Assembly: GCA_963662795.1 (NCBI GenBank)
Contig: OY759746.1
Coordinates: forward strand, 1,920,001 to 1,984,000
Length of the DNA: 64,000 nucleotides
Reading direction: 5' to 3'
Origin: Spirochaetia bacterium
GTDB taxonomy: Bacteria > Spirochaetota > Spirochaetia > CADAEX01
Both the position numbers and the translations under genes were made by a program. The notes beneath the pieces were generated by a model. That model did not search any database. It worked only from the letters and a program-made list of their open reading frames with translations, and was not told where the DNA came from. Below, piece after piece: positions 30,924-39,931 of the stretch; the first letter of the stretch is position 1, and the number at the start of each line of letters is the position of its first letter.

Positions 30924-31883
30924 ATGAGCTTGCTTCCATTACTCTTGGAAAGGGATGAAAATATGCCAAATAGTTATAACTTTACATTTAAACCAATAAC
31001 TGGATTTGACCTCAATGATGTAAAAGAAATTACTAAAAATTTAAATGCTGCTAGACCTGAAGATATTACTCCAAAAGAAGCTGAGCGCACCGTATCTCAA
31101 TTATCCGTTTATCATTTCCAGTGGCCATACAAAATGACAGGCCAGAATTTCCCAATGTGGAGGATAAGAACTAACGACTACATCTTGCAGCGGTTTAAAG
31201 AAGCAAAAGAACTGGGTTACCCTCAACAAGTAAATAAAATTGAATATGGTAGAGCAAACGCAGAAAAAGAAACAATGTTTTATGCAGCGTCCTCACCTTT
31301 CACCGCAAGCATGGAGACTCGTCTGACGGCAGGAAAATCCTTTCATTTAACTAAATTTGAAGTCAAAAAAGGTGATACTTTAAATGTTGGCATGATAGGT
31401 GAGCTTGACCGCTATTGGCGAACAGGGCAAACCATCACCGAGAATAAAACCTATACATATCACTACGATAAGTTCTTCGAAATACTGAAGCAAAAAAAAC
31501 AAGAAGAGCTGATAGAATGTTTTGCGATTATTGATGCCTTCTACGCCTCTTGGATGGAAAAAAAAGGCAAAGAGAATTACATCATGACAGCGGCGATTAC
31601 TAGGCAATTATTCAAAGATAAAACCTTCGACGCCCTATGCTATCCAAGTGTATTGGATGAGAATGGAGTTAATATTGTAATTAAGCCAACGTCATATGAC
31701 GATTTGATCAAACCTATAACTACCTCCACATATCTTGCCGGAGTATGTGGTGCAGATAAGAAATGGAGTATGCTACCCCTTGTAAAAGCTGAAAGCATTC
31801 AATCAAATGGTTTAATCATATGGCCAAAAGATGCTGAAGTTATTATTACGGAAAAGTTACATCAAGAGTCAATAGAGCTATAG
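30924..31883 (+). CDS. RES-domain protein
   Basis: WRIR, GRAN...FYAASS...E and DALCYPS...N motifs; start may be 30963. Confidence 0.7.
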   Translation: MSLLPLLLERDENMPNSYNFTFKPITGFDLNDVKEITKNLNAARPEDITPKEAERTVSQLSVYHFQWPYKMTGQNFPMWRIRTNDYILQRFKEAKELGYPQQVNKIEYGRANAEKETMFYAASSPFTASMETRLTAGKSFHLTKFEVKKGDTLNVGMIGELDRYWRTGQTITENKTYTYHYDKFFEILKQKKQEELIECFAIIDAFYASWMEKKGKENYIMTAAITRQLFKDKTFDALCYPSVLDENGVNIVIKPTSYDDLIKPITTSTYLAGVCGADKKWSMLPLVKAESIQSNGLIIWPKDAEVIITEKLHQESIEL

Positions 31884-32097
31884 TAAAATGGGAATTATAT
31901 TTATAGATTTTGCATAGAACCGAAATATCAAAAAAAGGGATATGTATTTATTGAAATAGTACACCTATGTATTAGTAAAAATATTAAACTTTAAGTCCCG
32001 AAAGAAAACGAAAACGAAAACGCTATAAATGTATATAAAAATGTTTGATTTGAAATAGAAACAGAATAAAAATATTACAGAGAAAATATAAAAATGG

Positions 32098-32245
32098 TTT
32101 TTAACATTCAATTGCACCTGAAACCACCTTTTGTCACGGTTTTTGCTTTTTATTGGAGTATAGTAATAAGCGATGACGCAAAAACACATGCCAAATCCTG
32201 TCGCTACGCTCTAGACCGCTGGTACAGGGAATTGATGTGTTAAAT
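32098..32245 (+). repeat. Canonical-type attC nested in cassette
   Basis: TTTTTAAC.TCAATT..CCTG...CAGG.AATTGA..GTTAAAT. Confidence 0.7.
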
Positions 32246-32273
32246 GCACTGGAATATTTAGAAAAGAGGAAAA

Positions 32274-32516
32274 GTCCGGCCTTGGCGGTGCCGTGCGGCC
32301 TGGACAAGAAGGGGTCGTACTGCATATAACAGCGGGTAAAACACTGCGCTCGCCGTAGCTCGCTTGGGCTCCGCCAAACATCGCAGCTGAAAATAAAAGT
32401 AAAAGAACAAAACAGTTTTTGCTGAAGTATTCAGAAATTGCGATGCTTCGTTTACCCGCGGGACGTTAGCAGCAATGCCCCCGCCAAGAAAGAGGTGCGT
32501 GCCGTCCTGGCACGCA
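32274..32516 (+). repeat. Composite repeat R22 (F|G; variant hairpin B)
   Basis: TAAC 32327-32330, GTT 32465. Confidence 0.88.
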
Positions 32517-32627
32517 AGGAAACAGTGAAGTGCTGGTTCATTTATGAAACTGTAGATGTGTAAAATTGGAATTGCTGAGAAAAGGTTTGCAAACAGTATT
32601 TGAGAAACTTTAAACAATTAAATGTTC

Positions 32628-32660
32628 TTGCTTATAGTATAAACATAGTATATACTATAA
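32628..32660 (+). promoter_or_regulatory. mazEF promoter/operator
   Basis: TTGCTT-17-TATACT with palindrome ATAGTATATACTAT. Confidence 0.6.
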
Positions 32661-32676
32661 ATAGAGGTTAAGCTTT

Positions 32677-32913
32677 ATGGAAACTGTAATTAAGAAATGG
32701 GGAAACAGTCTGGGCGTAAGAATACCAGGTTTTATAGTAAAAGATTTATCCTTAAAAGACGGCTCATTTGTAGAAATTGAGAAAGAGGAAGATAAAATAG
32801 TCATAAAACAAAAGAATAAAATTAATTTAAAGGAAATGCTCAAGAACATAGATATTAATAATCTTCATGGCGAAATAGAAACAGAAGGTCCAGAGGGAAA
32901 AGAAATATGGTAA
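32677..32913 (+). CDS. mazE: MazE/AbrB antitoxin
   Basis: KKWGNSLGVRIP. Confidence 0.92.
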   Translation: METVIKKWGNSLGVRIPGFIVKDLSLKDGSFVEIEKEEDKIVIKQKNKINLKEMLKNIDINNLHGEIETEGPEGKEIW

Positions 32914-33248
32914 AGAAAGACTATGTTCCGGAAAGAGGAGATATTATCTGGTTAGACTTTCCACCACAATCAGGGCCTGAACAGAGGGGGAAAAGACCAG
33001 CAATTGTAATATCACCTAAGGAATATAATGAAAAAGTAGGACTTGGAATATTCTGCCCTATAACCAGTAAAGAAAAGGGTTATCCATTTGAAGTGAAGAT
33101 AGAAAGCAGGAAAATAGACGGAGTAATACTATCGGATCAGCTTAAAAGTCTTGATTGGAAAAGCAGGAATGCTGAGTTTATAGTAAAAGCAAAAAAAGAA
33201 GAAATGAAAGAAGTGATAGATAAAATCAGTGTATTGATATTTGAATAA
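32907..33248 (+). CDS. mazF: MazF endoribonuclease toxin
   Basis: YVPERGDIIWLDF..EQRGKRPA...CPITS...DQLKSLDW. Confidence 0.95.
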   Translation: MVKKDYVPERGDIIWLDFPPQSGPEQRGKRPAIVISPKEYNEKVGLGIFCPITSKEKGYPFEVKIESRKIDGVILSDQLKSLDWKSRNAEFIVKAKKEEMKEVIDKISVLIFE

Positions 33249-33264
33249 AGATCCCGGAATAAGA

Positions 33265-33556
33265 AATCAATCTGCCGTCCATGGCAGCTTGATTAAGGCG
33301 GGGGTCACTGCTGCTAACAGAGGATAATTCGCTGCGCTCGGAGTACCTCGCTTGGCCTGCGGCATATTTTGCTATCATTAAAACAGTTCAAATTATGTTT
33401 TTACTATATTTAAATGTATTCCCTAAAAGTATTATGTTGAAAAAGGTTTTAGCAAAACATCGCTTATCCTCGAGACGTTATGCGAAAGGCTGGCCGAAGA
33501 GGAATAGGCTGGGGGCGGGGGAGGGGAAGACGCCGCCGCACATCGTGTGCGCCGAA
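33265..33556 (+). repeat. Composite repeat R23 (G|H; variant hairpins)
   Basis: TAAC 33315-33318, GTT 33477. Confidence 0.85.
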
Positions 33557-33736
33557 GAAAAATTAATAAACTGTGATTTTTATAATCTGTAAGAGTGTTT
33601 GTATAAATTGCCATTATAAAAGCAGAAAAAATGAAAATATAATTTTATTTTAGCAGTTCCTTTCGTTTCATTTGATTATGGATTGGTTAATAAACAAAAA
33701 AAAATAAATCGCATAAAATGTAATATATTCTTGTAA

Positions 33737-33874
33737 ATGAAAATTATTTGGGATAAAGGTGAAAATAAAACTCTTAAGCTTGAAAGATGTATTTCTTTCA
33801 AGATATTTGCGGATTTGATTCTGGGGCTAGTTATAAAGTTAATTTGCAAAATATTAACCTTGGAATATAGCTGA
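33737..33874 (+). pseudogene. 45-codon BrnT-like toxin remnant in nearly ORF-less cassette (copy 1)
   Basis: MKIIWDKGENKTLKLERCISF resembles the BrnT N-terminus (WD..KN..N...GISF). Confidence 0.5.
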
Positions 33875-33889
33875 TTATGATAATTTTCA

Positions 33890-34155
33890 CCGTCTCACAC
33901 TTCCATGTGTTCGACGAAAACCGCCCCAGCCAAGAAGAGCCGGCCAGCCCATCGCATAACAGCGAATGGCCGGTTCCTGCTGTTTCTAAGGAAACAGCCT
34001 CCACCCAAATTGCCGAAATAATTCATGTTAAGAATAATGGAATAGAGTATAAACTTTTGGAGTAAAAAACACCATCGGCAACTTCGGTCATTCGCGAGAC
34101 GTTATCCACAATATCATCGCAAGAGGCATCGCCCGGACCTCCGGCCAACGGGCGA
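33890..34155 (+). repeat. Composite repeat R24 (H|I)
   Basis: TAAC 33957-33960, GTT 34101. Confidence 0.88.
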
Positions 34156-34164
34156 AGAAAATAG

Positions 34165-34230
34165 AATTTGCTGTATAATATACTTTATACATAACATATA
34201 TAGTTTTCTATTTATTTAATATGTTAGAAA
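34165..34230 (+). other. Internal attI-like site (copy 2) preceded by TATAAT
   Basis: TAGTTTTCTATTTATTTAATATG|TTAGAAA; GTTAGAAA 34223 matches TTTCTAAC 35202. Confidence 0.65.
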
Positions 34231-34314
34231 GACCCTGCGGGCGGCAGAGAATAAATATCCTTTATGTCTTATTAAAAAAAGTCGATTCTTTATGGATACA
34301 TTGAAGGAGTCCTT

Positions 34315-35193
34315 ATGAAAAAAGTATTTTTTTTTGGTGTACTTGCAGGTTGTGTTTTCTCTGCATTAATTTTCATAGGTTATTATGCGGTAACAAACCG
34401 TTCTTCAAAGAATAATATTGTTTCTCCTGAAGTTCAACACCAGGTTATACAAAATATTCAAGACATAAACAAAATTCTGGATTTTGCGGATGATAGTCTT
34501 GCAGAGTATACGGACAATCTTATGGAAGTACGCGAAATATTATTAAATGCAGATGCCAAGAAATACATAAATAAGGAAGAAAAACAGAAGATTACCGGTT
34601 TATGTGAAAAAGGTCTTCAGATAATTGAAACAGCAAAGTTTAATACTCTTCCAGTATTTCATAATAATTGTGATGGAGAATACAACAGGGTTATTCCGGT
34701 AACGCTTGATGCTGCAAAACCAACATACAAACTTACCATATCGTGTATGAATTTTAATAGGAATGTAGTTAATGTATTTATTAATAGTTTAGCATCTGAA
34801 ACAGGATTAGAAAATAATATTGCTGAACTTGATAAAATAGTATCTGCCGTTACATTAGAACGCGCACAACTGGGTGCTTATAAAAACAGGCTTACACATT
34901 CTCTTGAAACAGCAGAGGTTTTATCAAAAAAAAATGCGAACGAGAGACAGACTGAAATAAACAGAATCATTCAAAAAATAAAAACTGAACAACTGGTTCT
35001 GAGCGTTCAAAGCGCTAATGGAATATATTGTTTTGAAGACAGACAACAAATTCAAGTAAACTTTGATGAACTGAATAATGAATTAAACAGAATTAATGCA
35101 TTCTCACAAAAAACAATTGCAAAGAATAACAATATTTCCTTACTCTCTCAGTCAGATGCTGAAAACGCAATGCTGTATCTTGTAAAAAAATAG
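34315..35193 (+). CDS. Membrane-anchored flagellin-domain protein
   Basis: N-terminal TM; RAQLGAYKNRL and LSVQSANGIY..EDRQQIQ flagellin motifs. Confidence 0.75.
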   Translation: MKKVFFFGVLAGCVFSALIFIGYYAVTNRSSKNNIVSPEVQHQVIQNIQDINKILDFADDSLAEYTDNLMEVREILLNADAKKYINKEEKQKITGLCEKGLQIIETAKFNTLPVFHNNCDGEYNRVIPVTLDAAKPTYKLTISCMNFNRNVVNVFINSLASETGLENNIAELDKIVSAVTLERAQLGAYKNRLTHSLETAEVLSKKNANERQTEINRIIQKIKTEQLVLSVQSANGIYCFEDRQQIQVNFDELNNELNRINAFSQKTIAKNNNISLLSQSDAENAMLYLVKK

Positions 35194-35202
35194 CAATAAG
35201 AT

Positions 35203-35330
35203 TTCTAACAACTGCTTCAGCCTGATATTTTCTTTGTCACGATTTGTGCTAACTCGCTGCACTCGTCTTACGCACAAATCGCGCCAATCCGCTACGCGGC
35301 GCGAAAATACAGGTTAAGCAAATGTTAGAC
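35203..35330 (+). repeat. Canonical attC nested in cassette
   Basis: TTCTAAC AACTGCTTCAGCCTG...CAGGTTAAGCAAAT GTTAGAC. Confidence 0.85.
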
Positions 35331-35449
35331 AGACCCTTCGGGCAGATAAGAAAAAAACGCATTTCCGAAAGGAACCAAAAGGTGTTATACTTTGAGTGTG
35401 TTTGAATAAGCTTGAATACAGCCTTACAAAGACTAATTGGAGGTAAAGC

Positions 35450-35821
35450 ATGAATTTAGGAGCCTTTTCGGTTAGCTTAGCCGTAAAAAACATTGTTTCA
35501 TCAAAAGAATTTTATACAAAACTTGGATTTACTGAATTCGGGGGAGATATTAGTCAAAACTGGTTGATATTGAAAAATGGCGATTGTATTATTGGATTAT
35601 TCCAAGGTATGTTTGATGGTAATATATTAACATTCAATCCAGGATGGGATCAAAATTCAAATATTATTAACAACTACACAGATATAAGACTTATACAAGA
35701 AAAAGTGATTCAAAATGGAATAACACCTACTTCATTAGTAGAACAGGATAGTAAAGGACCTGCAAGCTTTACCTTAATAGATCCGGACGGTAATACAATT
35801 CTAGTCGATCAACACATTTAG
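35450..35821 (+). CDS. VOC/glyoxalase family protein
   Basis: SLAVKN...FYTKLGF...DPDGN.ILVDQH. Confidence 0.9.
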   Translation: MNLGAFSVSLAVKNIVSSKEFYTKLGFTEFGGDISQNWLILKNGDCIIGLFQGMFDGNILTFNPGWDQNSNIINNYTDIRLIQEKVIQNGITPTSLVEQDSKGPASFTLIDPDGNTILVDQHI

Positions 35822-35830
35822 AAACGAAAT

Positions 35831-35943
35831 GTCTAACAACGAGTTCGAGCGCGACAACCCTATGTCACGATTCTTGCTTTTCCGGCATTCGCCGGGCAAG
35901 AATCGTGACATTGAACGCGTTGCGGCTCAATTCAATGTTAAAA
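35831..35943 (+). repeat. Canonical attC nested in cassette
   Basis: GTCTAAC...GAGTTCGAGC...GCTCAATTC AAT GTTAAAA; TGTCTAAC matches GTTAGACA 35324. Confidence 0.85.
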
Positions 35944-35961
35944 AAAATAGAAACGGGGGAA

Positions 35962-36253
35962 GTCCGGCCTTGGCGTTGCCGTGCGGCCCTGGACAAGAAG
36001 CGATGATACTGGTGGATAACAGCGATTATTTCGCTGCGCTCCCTTTGGTCGCTTGGGCTCCTGCCAGTTGAGCTGGCAGATCGCCATATTTTGTTTTCAT
36101 AAAACCAGAACGACATGTGTTTTATGCTTTTTATGTTTGAAAAATCAAATAAATGTATTTTAGAGTTTAGCAACAAAACATCGAATAATCGCGGGACGTT
36201 ATCCACAATGCCCCCACAAGATGCGATCGCCCGGACCTCCGGCCGACGGGCGA
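35962..36253 (+). repeat. Composite repeat R25 (I|D)
   Basis: TAAC 36017-36020, GTT 36198. Confidence 0.9.
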
Positions 36254-36288
36254 GGATATGCAGTATAATATTAGCTAAAGGAATATTG

Positions 36289-37191
36289 ATGACTATTCGA
36301 ATATTATATTTTTCAGGAACTGGTTGTACTAGATATGTTGCAAAAGTCTTTGAACAAGAAATATCCTCTAGAGGACATATTGTACAGGTACAAGAAATAC
36401 GAAATGGTATAATTTATAATACAGATCCTTGTGATTTATTAATTATCTGCTTTGTTGTGCATGCCGCTAATCCACCTCATGTGGTAATAGATTGGATTTC
36501 CAAGCATAAAAAAGTTCAAAATATACCTGCTGTTGTAATATCAGTTTCAGGTGGAGGAGAGGTAACTCCAAATTTGGCTTGTCGTGTTTCATTGAAGAAA
36601 AAGCTTGAAAAAAAACAATTTAAGGTTATATATGAAAAGATGTTAATCATGCCATCAAACTGGATTGTTTCAACAAAACCAATACTGATAAATATGTTAT
36701 TAAAAGTATTACCAAATAAAATAGCATTTATAGTTGAAGAAATTCTAACTGGAAAAACAAATAAAACGGTACCGAAAATAGGTAATAGAATATTATCATT
36801 TTTGGGTAAACTTGAAAATATAGGTGCAAAACAATTTGGAAAAAAAATAATTATAAATAAAAGTTGTAAAGGATGTTCTTTGTGTTCAAAAAAATGTCCG
36901 ATGGGAAATATAGAAATAATAAACAATAAACCAGAATTTAATAATAAATGCATTATGTGTTTGAATTGTTTATATATATGTCCTGAGAAAGCACTTGTTC
37001 CAGGAATTGCTAAATTTGTTCTCATTAAAGAAGGATTTAGCTTTGATGAGATACTTAAAAATCAAAAAGACCCAGGTAAGTTTGATATTAAAGCAGAAAC
37101 AAGGGGTTTCCTATGGGTAGGATTAAGAAGATATTTGCTGAATACAAAGGATATGTTGAATACTTCATATAATGTAAATCCAAACATCTGA
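36289..37191 (+). CDS. EFR1-family flavodoxin/4Fe-4S ferredoxin
   Basis: YFSGTG.T; CKGCSLCSKKCP and CIMCLNCLYICP; start 36289 after AAGGA. Confidence 0.9.
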   Translation: MTIRILYFSGTGCTRYVAKVFEQEISSRGHIVQVQEIRNGIIYNTDPCDLLIICFVVHAANPPHVVIDWISKHKKVQNIPAVVISVSGGGEVTPNLACRVSLKKKLEKKQFKVIYEKMLIMPSNWIVSTKPILINMLLKVLPNKIAFIVEEILTGKTNKTVPKIGNRILSFLGKLENIGAKQFGKKIIINKSCKGCSLCSKKCPMGNIEIINNKPEFNNKCIMCLNCLYICPEKALVPGIAKFVLIKEGFSFDEILKNQKDPGKFDIKAETRGFLWVGLRRYLLNTKDMLNTSYNVNPNI

Positions 37192-37286
37192 AAATTGTTT
37201 CTTCGTAAATTACCCTACAACATGAAACTGAAAAACGTTGACTAGAATATATGTACAGGTAGAGTAATTACCTGACAGTAGAAGAA

Positions 37287-37562
37287 GTCCGGCCTTGGCT
37301 TCCAGCCGTGCGGCCTGGACAAGAAGTGGGGACACTGGTGGATAACAGAGGATAATGCGCTTCGCTCGGAGTCCCTCGCTTGGCCTGCGGCACATTTTAC
37401 TTTTTTTAAATTATGACAATTTTTGTTATATAGTTTTCAATTTTATCACTACGGATAAAAAATGTTTTTAGAGTTTGTGACGTAAAACGTCGCTTATCCT
37501 CAGGACGTTATCCACAATGCCCCCACAATAGAAAATCGCCCGGACCTCCGGCCGACGGGCGA
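37287..37562 (+). repeat. Composite repeat R26 (D|D)
   Basis: TAAC 37343-37346, GTT 37507. Confidence 0.9.
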
Positions 37563-37587
37563 GAAAAAAACTTAAGGATTAGTAAAA

Positions 37588-38583
37588 ATGAATACAATAA
37601 TACTTCCAAATGTATTAGATGATGATGGAGCAATAAGTTTTGTAAATGACTTAAATAGTAGTCTTGAATATCCTGAAGTTCAAATATGTTTTAAGAATTT
37701 ATCATTTGTAAGACCTTTTGGTGTTTTAGTTTCAGCGGAAGCTTTTAAAGATTTTGTAAACAAACGTTCTATAAATGGTTTAAAAACATATTATATGGAT
37801 TCAGAATGGTTAAAAAGTAAAAATAGTGGAGCCATAAGTTATTTAAAATATTTTGGATTTTTTAAATATTGTGGAATACCTGTAGGTGAGGAGCCAAATA
37901 AAATATTTCATACCAGTACTTATTTCCCAATTCAAACAATTGAAAAAAATGATTTGGAACAAAAATCTTTAATTGGTAACTGGAGAAATGTAATAGAAAA
38001 AAAATGTTCTGAATTATCGAAATTAATTACTAAAGATGAAATTGCATATACATATTTAGATTATGCATTAAGAGAAATAATCAGGAATGTTTTTGAGCAT
38101 TCTAATGTTAATCAATGCAGTTTAATGGCTCAATGTTATGCTAATGATGAAATCGAAATAGCTGTTGCAGATAGAGGTATAGGTATACATAACACTTTAA
38201 AAGATAAATATAACGTAGATAATCCAATTGAATCTTTACTATTATCAATGGAACCTGGTGTTTCTCGTGTAAATGTTGAAGAAAGTAAGGGGGAATGGGG
38301 AAATAGTGGTTTTGGTCTATATATTCTCTCTGGTGTTGGAAAAGAATACGGTACATTTTCATTATTATCAAGTTGTGCATATGTCAGTTTATATAAAGAA
38401 GATCAAAAAATACTTGTTGATAGAAATTATTTTAATGGTACAGCAATAAAAGTAAGAGTTAAAAAAAGCTATTTAGAGTATTTTCCCAATTTGCGTAAAA
38501 AATTGATTGATGAAGGAGAAGAAAAGTATCTTGAAAGGTATGGAAAAAAGATTAGAGCTTCAGGTAAATCAAAAAAATCCTAA
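37588..38583 (+). CDS. STAS-like + GHKL/HATPase protein
   Basis: EIIRNVFEHS, DRGIGI, GFGL and GT boxes. Confidence 0.8.
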   Translation: MNTIILPNVLDDDGAISFVNDLNSSLEYPEVQICFKNLSFVRPFGVLVSAEAFKDFVNKRSINGLKTYYMDSEWLKSKNSGAISYLKYFGFFKYCGIPVGEEPNKIFHTSTYFPIQTIEKNDLEQKSLIGNWRNVIEKKCSELSKLITKDEIAYTYLDYALREIIRNVFEHSNVNQCSLMAQCYANDEIEIAVADRGIGIHNTLKDKYNVDNPIESLLLSMEPGVSRVNVEESKGEWGNSGFGLYILSGVGKEYGTFSLLSSCAYVSLYKEDQKILVDRNYFNGTAIKVRVKKSYLEYFPNLRKKLIDEGEEKYLERYGKKIRASGKSKKS

Positions 38584-38601
38584 TTAAAAAAGAGTTTTAT
38601 A

Positions 38602-38895
38602 GTCCAGCCTTGGCTCCGCCGTGCGGCTTGGACAAGAAGTGGGGGCACTGGTGGATAACAGCGGTTAAAGCGCTTCGCTCGGAGTACCTCGCTTGGGCTC
38701 CTGGCTGTTGAGCAGCCAGTTCGCCAAACAGCGTAGGATTTTGAACTGTAACTTTATAAAACAACAAGTTTTAAACGACAATAAATAAAAGCTTTGAGTT
38801 TTCTATTCTTCGCCTACGATGCTTCGCTTAACCGCGGGACGTTATCCACAATGCCCCCACAAGAGAAATCGCCCGGACCTCCGGCCGACGGGCGA
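38602..38895 (+). repeat. Composite repeat R27 (D|D)
   Basis: TAAC 38656-38659, GTT 38841. Confidence 0.9.
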
Positions 38896-38976
38896 GGATA
38901 CATAAATAAAAGTAAAAAATATTTCTATTGCTCACAAAACACGAAATATAAATAAAATCATCGAAGGAAAAGTAAT

Positions 38977-39459
38977 ATGGAAATAAATATTGAGACTTTT
39001 TTAGGACTTTCTAGTTTGTCGTGGTCAGCAGTTAGCTCAATGGCGACTGTCCTAGCAGTAATTATAGCATTATTTCTCCCTTTTTATGTGGATAAAAAAA
39101 AGAAAACTAATTTAATTAAGCTAATTGAAGAAGAGATTAATGCCAATGCAAAATTATTAAAAGATGCAGATATAATGAAAGACGGTAATTTTGATGGTAC
39201 ATCAATCAATAGATTGACCCTAATGTGTGCTCTATTAATTCATATTGATTATAGTGTGTGGAGTAATAATAATCAAACAATTGCCGAGATTTCAGCGAAG
39301 ACATTTTTGAAATATTCAGACATTATGAAAATGCTTGGCGTTATAAAGAAATATGCAATAGATTATCAAAAAACAAAAGGTATGGTACCAACATCTGTAT
39401 TTATTGATGTAACAGTTAAAAAATGTATTAAAGCAATTGCTGATAGGAAAATAACATAA
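38977..39459 (+). CDS. Hypothetical protein with N-terminal TM
   Basis: 160-aa ORF with RBS. Confidence 0.7.
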   Translation: MEINIETFLGLSSLSWSAVSSMATVLAVIIALFLPFYVDKKKKTNLIKLIEEEINANAKLLKDADIMKDGNFDGTSINRLTLMCALLIHIDYSVWSNNNQTIAEISAKTFLKYSDIMKMLGVIKKYAIDYQKTKGMVPTSVFIDVTVKKCIKAIADRKIT

Positions 39460-39602
39460 AAATGAATGGTGATTATTTAGAAATAAATATTATTATAAGT
39501 TTTGCAGATAATCAATATCAGCTATAAAAAAATAATTTAATTACTATTAATAATTTTCTAAAATGTCAATTAAAAAATATTAGAAATATCTATACATAAT
39601 TC

Positions 39603-39875
39603 GTCCGGCCTTGGCTTCCAGCCGTACGGCCTGGACAAGAAGTGGGGGCACTGGTGGATAACAGAGGATAAAGCGCTTCGCTCGGAGTACCTCGCTTGGG
39701 CTTCGCCACACATCGTAGAGAGTGAACAACACCAACTATATACAACCAGTTTTAAAAGAAAAATAAAACAGCTTTGAATATCAATGCTTATCTTACGATG
39801 CGTCGCTTATCCTCAGGACGTTAGCAGCAATACGTCCCCAAGAGAACGCCGCCCGGACCTCCGGCCGACGGGCGA
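39603..39875 (+). repeat. Composite repeat R28 (D|J)
   Basis: TAAC 39659-39662, GTT 39820. Confidence 0.9.
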
Positions 39876-39931
39876 AGAGGTAATGACAAGAATACGATAA
39901 AAATATATAAATATGTAATTGGGAGTCAACA

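Noticed and set aside
33510-33530. G-quadruplex in the G-rich end of type-H cassettes
   Set aside because: Only three long G runs, and the tract is explained by pairing with the C-rich opposite end.
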